This document shows, one piece after another, positions 29,968 to 45,877 of a DNA stretch of 64,000 nt (position 1 is the stretch's first letter; each line of letters opens with the position of its first letter). This DNA comes from the human T2T-CHM13v2.0 reference genome, Homo sapiens. A program made the translations under genes and the position numbers. The notes beneath the pieces were generated by a model. That model had not been told where the DNA came from, did not search any database, and saw nothing but the letters and a program-made list of their open reading frames with translations. The stretch lies in the NCBI RefSeq assembly GCF_009914755.1, contig NC_060934.1; one strand, written 5' to 3'.

Positions 29968-32388
29968 TTTATGAGTCCATGCTTGCATTGCTATAAAACA
30001 AATACCTGAGACTGGGTAATTTACAAAGAAAAGAGGTTTAATAGGCTCATGGTTCTGCAGGCTATACAGGATGTGTGGTGGCTTCTGCTTCTGGGGAGGC
30101 CTCAGGGAACTTTTACTCATAGTGGAAGGCAAAGCAGGAGCAAGCATCTTACATGTCTAGAGTAGGAGGAAGAGGGGTGGGGGAAGTGCTATACACTTTT
30201 GAACAACCAGATCTCATGGGAACTCTATCATGAGAACAGCACCAAAGGGATGGTGCCAAACCATTCATTCAGGATCCATTCCCATGATCCAACTACTTCC
30301 CACCAAGTCCCACCTCCATCACTGGGGATTACAATTCAACATGAGATTTGCGTGGGGACACAGATCCAAACCATATCATTCTGTCCCTGACCCTTCCCAA
30401 ATCTCATGTCCTCCCATTGCAAAATACAATCATCCCTTCTCAACAGTCTCCAAAGTCTTAGCTCATTTCAGCATTAACTCAAAAGTCCAGTCTCATCTGA
30501 GACAATGCAAGTCTCTTCTGCCTATGAGCCTATAAAATCAAAAGCAAGTTAGTTACTTCCAAGATACAATGGATGTATAGGCATTGGGTAAATACTTGTT
30601 CCAAAAGGGAGAAATCAGCCAAAAGAAAGGGCTACAGGCCCCATGCAAATCTAAAACCCAGTAGTGCAGTCATTGAATCTTAAAGCTCCAAAATAATCTC
30701 CTTTGTCTCCATGTCCCACATCCAGGGCACAATGATGCAAGAAATGGGCTCCCAAGGCCTTGGGCAGCTCCAAACCTGTGGTTTTGCAGGGTTGGGCTCC
30801 CAAGGCTGCTTTCATGGGCTGGCATTGAATCCCTGTAGTTTTTCCTGGTGCACAGTGCAAACCATCAATGGCTCTACAATTTCAGAGTCTGGAGGATGGT
30901 GGCCCTCTTCTCACAGCTCCACTAGGCAGTGCCTCAGTGGGAGCTCCAACCCTACGTTTTCCCTCTGCACTGCCCTAGTAGAAGTTTTCCATGCAGGCTC
31001 CACCCCTTCAACAGGCTTCTGCCTGGATATCCACGCTTTTCCATACATCCTCTGAAATCTAGATAGAGGCTACCAAGCCTCAGCTCTTGCATGCTGTGCA
31101 CTTGCTGGCTTAATGCCACATGGAAATTGCAAAGGCTTATGCTTGCACCTCTGCAGCAGTGGCCCAAGCTGTACCTGGACCCTTTTGAACCACATCTGGA
31201 GCTGGAGCAGCTGGGATGCAGGGAGCAGTGTCCCAAGGCTGCACAGGGTATTGGGCCCCTGGGCCTAGCCCAAGAAACCATTCTTTGTTCCTAGGCCTTC
31301 AGGCCTGTGATGGGCTGGGAGGGGCTGCCACAAAGGTCTCTGAAATGCCTTTGAGAACTTTTCCCCATTGTCTTGGCTATCATTATTTGCCTTCCTTTTA
31401 GTTATACAGACTTCTGCAGCTGGCTTGAATTGCTTCCCTGGAAATGGACTTTTTTTCTATCACATGGCCAGGCTTCAAACTTTCCAAACTTTTATATTCT
31501 GCTTCTTCCTTAAATATAGTTTCTGTTTTATGCCATTTCTTTGCTCATGCATATGAGCATAGGCTGTTAGAAGCAACCAGGCAACATCTTGAACACTGCC
31601 ACTTAGAAATTTCTTCTGCCAGATACCCTAAATCATCACTCTCAAGGACAAACTTCCATAGATCTCTTGGGCACGGGAACAATGTTGCCAGGTTCTTTGC
31701 TAAGGCATAACAAACATGACCTTAGCTCCAGTTCCCAGTTAATTCCTCATCTCCATCTGAAACCCTCTCAGCCTGGCCTTCATTGTCCATATCACTACCA
31801 CCATTTTGGTCACAACAATTTAACGAGTCTCTAGGAAGTTCCAAATTTTCCCTCATCTTCCTGTCTTCTAAGCCCTCCACACTCTTCCAACTTCTGCTTG
31901 TTACCCAGTTCCAAAGTTGCTTCACATTTTCAGATATCTTTATAGAAATGCCCCATTCTTTGGTACCAATTTTTGGTATTAGTCCATTCTTGCATTGCTA
32001 TAAAAAAATACCTGAGACTGAGTAATTTATAAAGAAAAAGGGTTTAATTCACTCACAGTTCAGCAGGCTGTACAGGAAGCATGGCAGTTTCTGCTTCTGG
32101 GGAGGACTCAGGGAGATTTACTCATGACAGAAGGCAAAGCAGGAGCAGCCATATTACATGGCCAGAGAAGGAGGAAGAAAGAGAGGGGTATTTGCCACAC
32201 TCTTTTAAACAACCAGATCTCATAAAAACTTTGTCACAAAAACAGCACCAAAGAGATGCTGCCAAACTGTTCATGAAGGATTCACCCCCATGATCAAATC
32301 ACTTCCCATCAGGACCCACCTCCACCATTTGGGTGGGATTACAATTCAACATGAGATTTAAGTGGGGATACAGATTCAAACCATATCA
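29968..32388 (-). mobile_element. Full-length MST (MSTA-like) MaLR provirus: LTR 29968-30378, internal 30379-31974, LTR 31975-32388
   Basis: Two direct LTRs of about 412 bp; MaLR ORF remnant 'KQLWNWVTSRSWKSVEGLEDRKMRENLELPRD'; perfect 5-bp TSD gtctc at 29963-29967 and 32389-32393. Confidence 0.95.
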
Positions 32389-32509
32389 GTCTCTGCTGTT
32401 TGCAACCAAAAATGTTCCAATTTAGCATACTTAAGTTTAACATCAGAAAGTTGAGGAGAATGAGAATCCTAAAGGTAAATACACTTTTCATTTTTCTGAG
32501 GATGACCCA

Positions 32510-33720
32510 ACACTCATTCATTCAACACTCTTACTGAATACCTGTTACATGTCAGGCACTGTGCTGAGAGTATGCAATCCAAGGATGAATAAAATATGGT
32601 TCCTGCTCCCAGTCTAGAAGACGAAGACAGACACTGATAAAAATGCAATAAAAGGTCACCAGTGTTTTGATAAAGGTCATAGGAAACTGTAGGTACAGGA
32701 AAAAATAAGTAGTCAATTATTTCTGGAAGGTTCAGGGAAGTCTTCAGAGAGGTGATAATCCTTTGTTGACATTTGAATGGTAAGTGTTATCTAGGACTTT
32801 GCTATTCAAAATGTGGTTTGTGAGCCAGCAGCATCAGCATTACCTGTTAGAAATACAGAATAGGGGCCCCACTCCAGATGTAATGAATCAGCATCTGAAT
32901 TAAAAAAAATTTTCAGGTGGTTGGTACCACATTAAAGTTTGAGAAGTGCTGATCCAGACAACAAGAAGGGTAGAAGAAGAGTAATTTCAGACAGAGGGAC
33001 GAGTTTGAACAAAGGCTGGCAGACCTGATAGAGCATGATGTATTCATGAGATTGTAAGTCACAGCAGAAGATGTGAGGGAAGATACAGCACAAATTATAG
33101 CAAGTCCAGACCACAGAGAGCCTTGTAATCCATGCAGAAAGGACTGGACTTTATCCGACCAGTAATGGGGAACCAGTAAAGTGAAAGTGTGATGTAATCA
33201 GAGTGTATATTTAAAAGTAGAGTAAAACTTTTCTGGCAAGCAGAGTAATAAGATGAAGTTTGGACATGATCCCGGATAAAAGGGAGATTTGAGGGGAAAG
33301 AATAACATGATTTGATTGATTTGATTTGATGCAATTTATTTTAATGTTTCAAAGCTAAATGCCTGACAACAGTGTGGAAGATGGATTGGAGAGAGGGCAA
33401 TACCAAAGGCAGGGAGACCAAGTGACATAGTCATATACTGGTAAGAGATGATGAAGATGAAAACTACAAAAGTGTAACAGGAGTGGAGAGGAAGAGATGG
33501 CTATCAGAGTGAAAATGGGACAGAATCTGCAGACCTTATTCAAAAGCTGGAACCTGCATATGGCAGCTAAGTGGGGCAAGGAAATCTGGAATATATGATA
33601 GAAGAGACAAAATGGAAGAGTCCATAGTGGAACAAAAGAGAGCAAGTTCTGTTCAGGGTCTGCTGAGTTGAATCCCCTGTAGGACATATATATGGAGGTA
33701 AGCAAATATGGACACATTAG
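32510..33720 (-). mobile_element. L2 3' region with an inserted MER5B-like MITE (about 32797-32951)
   Basis: 'cactcattcattcaaca...tgaatacctg...tgtcaggcactgtgct' tail; MER5B 'ccagcagcatcagcattacctg...aaagtttgagaagtgctg'. Confidence 0.75.
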
Positions 33721-33893
33721 CAATAAGCACTGACCTCACATCCAAGGTCTCTCTTGAAATTCCTCAACTAGAAACTAGTTTGTTTACTAGAAACCATTTA
33801 GCTAATTTTAAAAAGAATTAACTCTGATGAATAATTCAATGACTGTGAACTCAGACCATACAACCTAGAGTTGATCTTCCACCTGTTACCTGA

Positions 33894-36282
33894 TGTATCA
33901 GTCCATTCTCATACTGCTAATAAAGACATAACCAAGACTGGGTAATTTATAAAGGAAAGATGTTTAATTGACTCACAGTTCAGCATAGCTAGGGAGACCT
34001 CAGGAAACTAACAATCATGACAGAAGGAGAAGCAAACAAGTACTTCTTCACATGGTGGCAGGAAGAAGTTCAGAGTGAAGGCAGGGGAAAGCCCCTTATA
34101 AAACTATCAGATTTCATGAGAACTCACTCACTATCATGAGAACAGCATGGAGGTAACCACACCCATGATTAAATTACCACCCACCAGTTCCCTCCGTTGA
34201 CACGTGGGGATTATGAGAACTATAATTCAAGATGAGGTTTGGGTGGGGACACAGTCAAACGATATGATTCCACCCCAGCCCCTCCCAATCTCATGTCCTC
34301 ACATTTCAAAACATAATCATGCTTTTTTCAACAGTCCCCCAAAGACTTAACTCATTCCAGCATTAACTCAAAAGTTCAAGTCCAGTCTCATCTGAGACAA
34401 GGCAAGTCCCTTCCGCCTATATGCCTGTAAAATCAAAAGCAAGTTAGTTACTTCCTAGATACAATGGGGCTACAGGCATTGGGTAAATACACTCATTTCA
34501 AATGGAAGAAATTGGCGGAAACAAAGCTACAGGCCCCATTCAAGTCCAGAATCCAACAGAGCAGTAGTTAAATCTTAAAGCTCTGAAATAATCTCCTTTT
34601 ACTCTATGACTTACATCCAAGTCATGCCAATGTAAGAGGTAGGCTCCCACGACGTTGGGCAGCTCTGATCCTGTGGCTTTGCAGAGTACGGCCCCATCCT
34701 GGCTGCTTTCACAGGCTGGCATTGAGTGTCCGCACCTTTTCCAGGTGCACAGTACAAGCTGTCAGTGGATCTACCATTCTGGGGTCTGGAGGACAATAGC
34801 TCTCTTCTCACAGCTCCACAAGGTAGTGCCCCAGTGGGGACTCTGTGTGGGGGCTCCAACTCGACCTTTCCTTTCCGCACTGCCCTAGCAGAGGTTATGC
34901 ATGAGAGCTCCGCCCCTATACCACACCTCTGCCTGGACATCCAGGCTTTCCCATACATCCTCTGAAATCTAGGCAGAGGTTCCTAAACCTCAATTCTGTC
35001 TTCTATATACCTGCAGGACCAACACCACATGGAAGCTGCCAAGGCTTGGGGCTTGCACCCTCTGAAGCCATGGCACAGCCTGTATCTTGGCCCCTTTTAG
35101 TCACTGCTGGAGCAGCTGGAATGCAGGGCACCAAGTCCCAAGGCTGCACACAGCAGGGGGGGCCTGCAACCAGCCCAGGAAACCATTTTTTCCTTCTAGG
35201 CCTCTGGGCCTGTGATGGGAAGGACTTTTGTGAAGGTTTCTGACATGCCCTGGAGACATTTTCCCCATTATCTTGGTGATTTAACATTTGGCTCCTTGTT
35301 ACTTATACAAATTTCTGCAGTCTGCTTGAATTTCTCTGCAGAAAATGAGTTTTTATTTTCTACTGCCTGGTCAGGCTGCCAATTTTCCAAACTTTTATGC
35401 TCTATCACTTCTTGAATGCTTTGCTGCTCAGAAATTTCATCCGCCAGATACCCTAAATCATCTCTCTCAAGTTCAAAGTTCCACAGATCTCTAGCGTAGA
35501 GGCAAAGTGCCACCAGTCTCTTTGCATAGCAAAAGTGACCTTTACTCCAGTTTCCAACAAGTTCCTCATCTCCATCTGAGACCATCTCTGCCTGGACTTT
35601 ACTGTCCATATCACTATCAGCATTTTGGTCAAAGCCATTCAACAAGTCTTTAGGAAGTTCCAAACTTTCCCAAATCTTCCTGTCTTCTGAGCCCTCCAAG
35701 TCTCTAGGAAATTCTAAACTTTCCCACATTTTCCTATCTTCTTCTGAGCCCTCCAAGTCTCTAGGAAATTCTAAACTTTCCCACATTTTCCTATCTTCTT
35801 CTGAGCCCTCCAAACTGTTCCAACCTCTGCCTGTTACCCAGTTCCAAAGTCACTTCCACATTTTCGGGTATCTTTACAGCAGCACCCCACTCCTGGTACC
35901 AATTTACTATATTAGCTCATTCTGATGCTGCTAATAAAGACATACCTAATACTGGGCAATTTATAAAGAAAAGAAGTTTAATGGACTCATAGTTCAGCAT
36001 GGCTGGGGAGGCCTCAGGAAACTTACAATCACAGCAGAAGGGGAAACAAATATGTCCTCCTTCACATGGCGGGAGCAGAAAGAAATAGAGTGAAGTTGGG
36101 GAAAAGCCCCTTATAAAACCATCAGATCTCATGAGAACTCACTCACTATCATGAGAACGGCATGGAGGTAACTGCCCCCATGATTCAATTATCTCCCACC
36201 AGGTCCCTCCAACAATACGTGGGGATTACGGGAAGTACAATTCAAGATGAGATTTGGATGGGGACACAGCCAAACCATATCA
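33894..36282 (-). mobile_element. Full-length THE1 (THE1C-like) MaLR provirus: LTR 33894-34267, internal 34268-35907, LTR 35908-36282
   Basis: Two direct LTRs of about 375 bp; MaLR ORF 'EGSEEDRKMWESLEFPRDL...VSDGDEELVGNWSKG'; TSD cctga/cctgt. Confidence 0.95.
35643..35813. repeat. Tandem repeat of three units (54, 57 and 57 bp) in the THE1 internal region
   Basis: Units 35643-35696, 35697-35753 and 35754-35810; the last two are identical. Confidence 0.97.
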
Positions 36283-36765
36283 CCTGTGTTTATTGTACAC
36301 TCAGCAGGAAAGCCCATTGAAGAGTCAGCAGAACTCAGAGTGTGATTCTGGGGACACAACAAGAGGACTTCTCTCTGTTCTCCCTAAATGCCCACTGCTC
36401 CTTGAAGCCCTAATTACAGTTCACTTTAAGAAGTAACAATGGACACCTGCCATAAGCCAAGCCCTGTTAGGCACTGGGGATATGACAATAAACAAGAAAA
36501 TTCTCAGCCTCATTGGGCTTACATCTAGCAAGGGAGACAACAGTTAAACTGAAAATAAATGTGGCAGATGCAGTTCTGCCTTCAAGAAAGTACTTGCTGC
36601 CCAGCTATCAAGAGTGTGGCTAGCTGACAGCCCCCAGTACTTAGCACTTTTGGGTCTACCCTGGCTTTCAAGCCAAGACCACACTATTCTTACAGTGACT
36701 CCTAGACAATGGCTGGGCAAAGCAGTGGTATCTAAGAGCATGTACATCTTGGAGTGACCCCCAGC

Positions 36766-37155
<390 letters not shown>

Positions 37156-40139
37156 CCAACTTGCAACAGTTGGTACCAAGAAAGGTTTGAGAAATGATGT
37201 GGTAAGATAAAGACTTGGGAACTAGATCACTCACCACTTCGCTGGTTTTAAGGACATCATGCCTGGTGGTAGGTAGTGTACAGACAGCCCATGGCATGAG
37301 ATGGAGGTCCAGTTATTTAAAAGGTTCACCAATGGTAGACCAGGATGGCATGTAGGAAAAGAGGAATGCATTGTTTCAAGCATTAGAATGTAGGGGAATC
37401 TCTATGTACGAAAATAATAGAATTTGCTGATTATTACTAAGTTACATTGATGCCCTACTGGAGGATAAAGAAAAGCTGAGAATACTTAAGAAACCACTGA
37501 AACTAAGTGTGCAAAGAGTTTCTACAAAGAATCTATGACTGTGAGTGAGCAGCAAAAGCTGAAGATGAAACACAGGATTTAATAGAGCTACTGAATTTCA
37601 AAGACATTTGAATGCTCAACAAAAGCAGGGCTGTTAGACCAAAGTCAGGGCCCCAGTTGGCAACAGCTGGGACTCTAACACATGGGACTGAAACATTCCT
37701 AGATTCCTCTGAACCTTCTGAACCTGTAGGGGTGGCTCACCCTTCTCAATTAAGAGCTAGCACATTCCTTGTGTAAAAAGATGATACAAGGGGCTTTCCC
37801 CTAAAAGGCAACAGGTGGCTCCCTCCTCCACTCCTGGACATCAGCACACATCACAACACATCTGAACCAGGAATATGCTGGGCCTGATAAGGAGTAAAGT
37901 GACCATGGCACAAATGAGCTGCAAGATGGCATCAGAGTGAGCCATCAGGGATCAGGGTGCTTGATCAAGATGGCTGCAACATAAGTCTGGATAAAGGAGA
38001 GTTGCTTTTTGTTTTTGTTTTTTTTTACTTGGGGTCACTTTGTTGAGATACAGGATTTAACACCCCAGGAAATGATGCAAACTTGCTTCTGCGAACTTGC
38101 TGCTAGGGTACCTCCTAGAAGCCTAGAGAAAGTGGTGGCCCCCACTGAGAGATTGAAATGCCTGCTTGCCATGGAAGACATAGGGGAAGTGGTTAAAAGG
38201 CTCGGGGAGGTAGGATTGCAGGAATGGGTGTATTAGGAGAGGCCAGAAAGCCAATCAGAGGACACACCATTTACCAAGGCCATCAGGAATGTGGGGCCAG
38301 GGCTGACAATAGAAGAGTCTGTCACAGAACTTGGCTTTCTGATGACAGTGGGGCTCTTGGGTGCTCCCAAAGCAATTTGACACCAGGTGGTGGTACTTAA
38401 CTGCCAGAAGCCAGGAGATTGTAATTATCATAAAAAACAATAAGAACAGAGTGGCAGTCAAGAGGGCCTAACCTATAGATGGAGACGGTGAATAGAACTT
38501 AGCATTCTTAGGGACAAACTAGACAGCCAGCAAGAGTGCTGTTTGTCATATGTTTGACATATATTACATACATGTTATATATGTAATCAGAAGAGAGGAA
38601 GAATGGGTTAGCAGGAGGCTGAGGGCAATTGCCTCAATAAAAAGTAATAATAACTTTGCCAAATTTCCAGGCCTGAGCTGATTTTCAGATTCAAAACCTG
38701 TTGGCTAGGTCTGCAAGGAGACTAGGTGACCAGGTGACTAGGTCTGCAAGGGGAAGGACCCTACAATACCTTGGCAAGTGCACACTGTGATGATTCCCAG
38801 TGTCCTTCTCCAAAGGAACCTATTGCCATTGACTTGATTGACTTTACACTGAGAAAAGAAAAATAGCCAAACCTTCCAACAGCTGTTGGAGGCAGGGTCT
38901 GAATCATCATTGATACGTAAAGACCTGAAGCATGATCATGGGCTCCTGTGAGAAGCGGAGGACATGGATGTTAGGCAATAAATAGATTCCTGGCCAAAGA
39001 ATGGTTTATAGTGAGTCCACTGGTCCATGGGCCCATACAGGGGTCATTTTTCCTGTCCAAAAATGTATTATTGGTATTATTATACTTGGCAGTTGATGTA
39101 ACTCCCTCACTAGGTCCTTGGCTTTTAGAAAAGAGTTGTCATAATGGAGAAGGCCAAGTGTAGGGCTCAGAAATTGCTGGCTACGATAAGTAAATCAAAA
39201 ACAGTATTACACCCTGGGGGAATAGTAGAGATTAAAGAGGCAAGGATGCAGGGATGGTGGTCCCTGTCATATCTCCATTGAATTCCCTAGTCTGGTCCTT
39301 TCAGAAACTGAATGGATCCTAGAAAATGACTGAAGACTACCACAAGTACAACCAAGCAATGACCTTGATCATATCTGCTGTGTCCAACATAGTGCCATTG
39401 TGGGAGCAGACAAATATGGCCTTGGGTTTATGGTACCCAACCACCAATTTGGCAAATGCATGCTTTTCAATCCCCAATAGAAAAGGCCATCAGAAACAGT
39501 TCACATTCAACTAGAATGGGCAATATGTGTAGAACCGATATTCCTGATGGACCAGGGGACCTCTTAGTACTCCCTCGACCAGTTGTGACTATGAATGGAC
39601 AAAAGCAGCAATGCTGGTCTAAAATAGGTATAGTTACCAGGGGCTCAGAGTCTGGGGCTCACCACTGGGTAGGCTACCCAGACCAGAAAAGGTAGTAGCT
39701 GAGGGCAAAGAGAATTTAGAATGGTTGGTGAAAGAGGGGACAGTGAGCATGGTTGTAGCCCCAAGACCAACTGCAGCAATGAGGGGCTGCAGTTTGTCCC
39801 TCCTTCTTATAGGTTTTCCCTTAGGAAGAAGGGCCCACCAGAGCCTTGGAAAACTGCCCCTTGCACAGTTTAAGGGATGGACTGTGGCAGAAATGTGGCA
39901 GAGATGTGCTGCTCAGATCCCCCTTCAAAAAAAAAAAGCTGGGTTTTAAGGACTGTCATTGGCTGGTAGCTTTTAGCTTCTTCAGAGTTGATTCTGTTTT
40001 CACGGTAGCCCCTAGCCAAAGGCAGAGCAAGGCCTGGCCAATTCCATCCAAAGCTCTAGTGTGTAGTCTACTCCAGAGATCCCTGTTGGTCGGCAGCGAT
40101 CTGCCGCATGGTCTGGCAGCTGTTTCTAGTTGCCTCCCT

Positions 40140-40617
40140 CCACCAGACTGAACAATGCTCCCCCTAAAAAGATATGTCTGCATCCTAATTTCTGGAACCT
40201 GTGAATATAACCTTATTTCAGAAAAGGGTATTCTTTACAGATGTGATTAAGTTGAGGATTTTGAGATGAGGAAACCATCCTGGATTACCCAGGTGAGCCC
40301 TAAATGTAATCACGTGTATTCTAATAAGATAAACACACAGAGGAAAAAGACACAGAGAAGAGGAAAAAGCCATGCGACCACCTAAGCAGAGACTGGAGTG
40401 ATGCAGCCACAAGCTAAAGAGTGCCTGGAGCGGCCAGAAGTGAAAGGAAGAGATTCTCCACCCCACCCCCAGCCTTTGGAGGAAATGCAGCCCTACTGAT
40501 ACCTTGATAATGGACATCTGAACCTGAATGCCTCTAGAACTTCAAGATAATCAATTTTATTGTTTTCAGCCACCAAGGTGATAGTGATCTGTTGTGGCAG
40601 CCCTAGAACATGGATGC
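40140..40617 (+). mobile_element. MLT1C-like solo LTR inserted in the ERVL 3' LTR
   Basis: 'aagatatgtc...cctaat...ggaacctgtgaatat...ctttacagatgtgattaagttgagga...ggcagccctagaa'. Confidence 0.85.
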
Positions 40618-42171
40618 GCTCCTCTTTTCTTTTCAGAATCTCTCCTCAATCTTTTCTGCTCCTGACTATGACTCTGCTTCTGCTTCTTGGAGCAACCTGT
40701 CTTGCAGCAGGCTGAACAGTGCAGTAGGATCACAATCAGAGCAGTAGGATCACAATCAGTAACACAATCAGAGGGTATGATTGAAAGGGCATGGAGGAAG
40801 GGCATCTAGCCCCAAGGCAGAGGGTGGAGGGGCAGGGAGGACAATCTAGAGCAAGTGACATCTCAAGTGGCCTGAACGATGGCAGGAGCCAGCTAAATCA
40901 AGGGACACTAAAAGGAGAAAGTGTCACACCTTCAAGAAACTAAAAACCACTCAATGAAAGGGAAGGATGAGCTGTGTGAGGTCGGAGCGGCAAGGCAAGC
41001 AGAGGCTGGATCCAACTGGCTTGGTGAGTGATCTCCGGTCTTTGTATTTAATCCTAAAAGGATTTAAACAGAGTGCCCTGAGCAGCATTTCACTAATAAA
41101 GATGAATTCATTTGGCTTAAAAGAATTGCAAGGATACAACTATTCTTGAGAAAAAGATACCACAATAAAGCCTGCTCATTTATTGATGCCCTTGTGGGAA
41201 CAGCTGTGTCTCTGATCGCATGCTAAGAATGTTTCCACCGGGGAGATGGAGATATTATGAGGGCCTCAGGCAGCTTTCTCTTCATAGTGTGATAAGGACA
41301 ATTTACAGCCTTTTCTCAATCAGTATTATAAAGCACTGTGTAAAGGCAGCTTCAAGTTCCACCTTCCATGCAACCAGATTGTCAGCCCTAAATCCTTTCT
41401 AAATAGAAATGCTGGAGCTGCCTTTGGCCATGAGTACCTTCAGGACAAGAAGAATTTTCAACTAGGGAGAAGTGGAAGGGATGCATGAAATGGCAGAACC
41501 ATTTGCAGCCTTGGACTTCTCCTTAGGAACTGCCCAGGGGACTGTATGCGTTTATTATCTCACAAGAGCAGCTGTGGGGTATGACCAGCCCTGGTGAGGG
41601 AGAGGTGTCCGCACCACTGCACTCTAGGACGGCTCAGCCTACACAGGAAATTGTTATCTTACCTCCCTTGGGGAACAAAGGAGAAACTTTGTTTGATGCA
41701 GACTTCAAAAAAGAGTGGCCTAAGGGCCACATCTGGTGTATTTTCTTTGGTCTCCAATGCTGTGCTCTTGTTTTTAATTGAACCAACATTCAAATATTAG
41801 AAGAGTTCCCATGACAGTCCAGACTGCTAGGTTCCCTCATCAAATCAGGAGTGCTGGCTTCAGTTCACCCCCATTCCTGCAGGGATCAGAGCCCAGCAGC
41901 AGCCACCCACACTTCGCTCGGGACAAGCCTGCTCTGAGCTACACAGTGCCTCCCGACCCTGGGGATTTGGATCCACAGTACAGAAGCCAAGAGTTTTGTT
42001 TTCCTAACACGCGCATAGAAATATTTATCTGGACCCATATTCCCACCGTAAGTGGGAAAATGCAATGCTACATTGAAAGAGCCAGAATTTCTAAACAAAT
42101 AGGAAAGATTCTATAGTATTTTCCCTCTGACACCAGCCAGCTTTATTTAGTTTACGTGTCTGAGCTTGTGA

Positions 42172-43364
42172 CCCCTGACTTCAATGTTTTCAGGGTCTCA
42201 GTTCCTCTTCCCTCTTGGCCAAGTTCATCTGTTCTGCCTGTAGCACCTCGTCATTCTTCCACACTGGGCGGGCAGCCCTTGGTCCACACTCGCAGGTACC
42301 ACATGGGAGACCATTTCTAGGAAACTGGGGGCTCCAAATTTCTCCAGAGAAGAAGCCTCAGACAAAATCCTGGGGGAAAGGCAGGGAGAACTTCAGCAGA
42401 AAGGCTCTGATCTCAAAGGAGATGTTACTATTTTGTTTCAGGTGCCCCTCTCTCTTCCTCTCCTCTGTTGACACACCCACACACCCAGTCTAGACCATGC
42501 CTCACTATTAAAGATACCAAGAATTAAAGTCGGCTTGTGAATTATTCTTTGTGCTAACACTCCTCCCTGCTAGGGAGCTGCTCCACTCCCACACCCCCTC
42601 TCACTCCTACCCCAGCCTATAGCATACTCTGGCCTGAAGAATTAGCAGAGGAAACGGCCACCACCAGATTCTCATCTCTTTCCCAAATGGGCTGCCGCTC
42701 CTCTGAGTGGAGAGAGGAAACTACACCTTCTCCCTCCCTGCACAGGGCCGGCACTATTTGTTTCCCTCCCAATGCTTTCGAATGAGAAGGAAGAATAATT
42801 CACAAGCCGACTCTAATTCTTGGTATCTTTAATAGTGAGGCATGGTAGACCAGGTGTGTGGGTGTGTTAACAGAGGAGAGGAAGAGAGAGGGGCACCTGA
42901 AACAAAATAATAACATCTTTGAGATCAGAGCCTTTCTGCTGAAGTTCTCCCTGCCCTTCCCCCAGGATTTTGTCTGAGGCTTCTTCTCTGGAGAAATTTA
43001 GAGCCCCCAGTTTCCCAGAAATGGTCTCCCATGTGGTACCTGTGAGTGTGGACCAAGGCCTGCCCGCCCAGTGTGGAAGAATGACGAGGTGCTGCAGGCA
43101 GAATAGATGAACTTGGCCAAGAGGGAAGAGGAACTGAGACCCTGAAAACTCTGAAGTCAGGGGGCACCTCTGCAGTGCTGGCCCTGTGCAGGGAGGGAGA
43201 AGGTGTAGTGTCCTCCCTCCACTCAGAGGAGCAGCAGCCCATTTGGGAAAGAGATGAGAATCTGGTGGTGGCTGTTTCCTTTGCTGATTCTTCAGGCCAG
43301 AGTATTCTATAGGCTGGGGTAGGAGTGAGAGGGGGTGTGGGAGTGGAGCAGCTCCCTAGCAGGG

Positions 43365-43378
<14 letters not shown>
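42172..43378. repeat. Interleaved inverted duplication A(42172-42549) B(42551-42755) x A'(42791-43163) B'(43174-43378)
   Basis: Hand alignment: A vs revcomp(A') about 14 substitutions and 2 indels over 373 bp; B vs revcomp(B') 8 substitutions over 205 bp. Confidence 0.97.
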
Positions 43379-45322
<1,944 letters not shown>

Positions 45323-45399
45323 GGGTTCCCCACTCCCATTGCAGTCTCCATTGCATTGAAGCTAGATGGTCAGGCTAGAGCCACACAGCTGAGCCTGTT

Positions 45400-45605
45400 A
45401 TTAAGCCAGGCCTACACTAACATGCATGTCTGCCCCTGATTGAATCTTCCCAACAACACTGTAAGGTTGTATAATCAAGCTCATTTTTCAGATGAGGAGC
45501 CAAGGCTTAGGGAGGTGAGGAGACTTTCCCAAGATCACACTAGGGAGTGGTGAAGCACGGATAAGTCCAGGTTTGCCTGACTTCAAGCACTTGTCCTTTA
45601 CTGAT
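45400..45605 (-). mobile_element. MIR
   Basis: 'catttttcagatgagga...gactttcccaagatcacac'. Confidence 0.75.
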
Positions 45606-45877
45606 CTGCACACCCACTTTGTTTCTTTCTGGTCAGTTTCCCAATTTTCTTAGCTTCTGGCCTGGGATCTATAGTTTCTGTTTTGGCCTTGGCTCATTCC
45701 CTAGGCTGGGCTACTGGGGTATCCCGTCCCTGACTCGGACCTTTGATTTTCTGATCAACCATATTTAGGAATCTCCCTCTTTCCATGCTGCCCTTAGCTT
45801 TCCCAAGGAAGATCCCCCACCTAATCCAACCTAGCCTGTAGGAGGTCCTTGGATCTTGGAAGGTTTGCCCTTTTTCT

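Noticed and set aside
35643-35813. CRISPR-like periodicity
   Set aside because: Head-to-tail tandem units with no unique spacers, inside a primate MaLR element.
30199-36436. Dense cluster of ORFs on both strands
   Set aside because: MST and THE1 LTR or internal sequence with stops and frameshifts; not host genes.
39326-39514. Reverse-transcriptase-like peptide as a domesticated gene
   Set aside because: Short degenerate ERVL pol fragment; the catalytic region is deleted and the flanks have stops.
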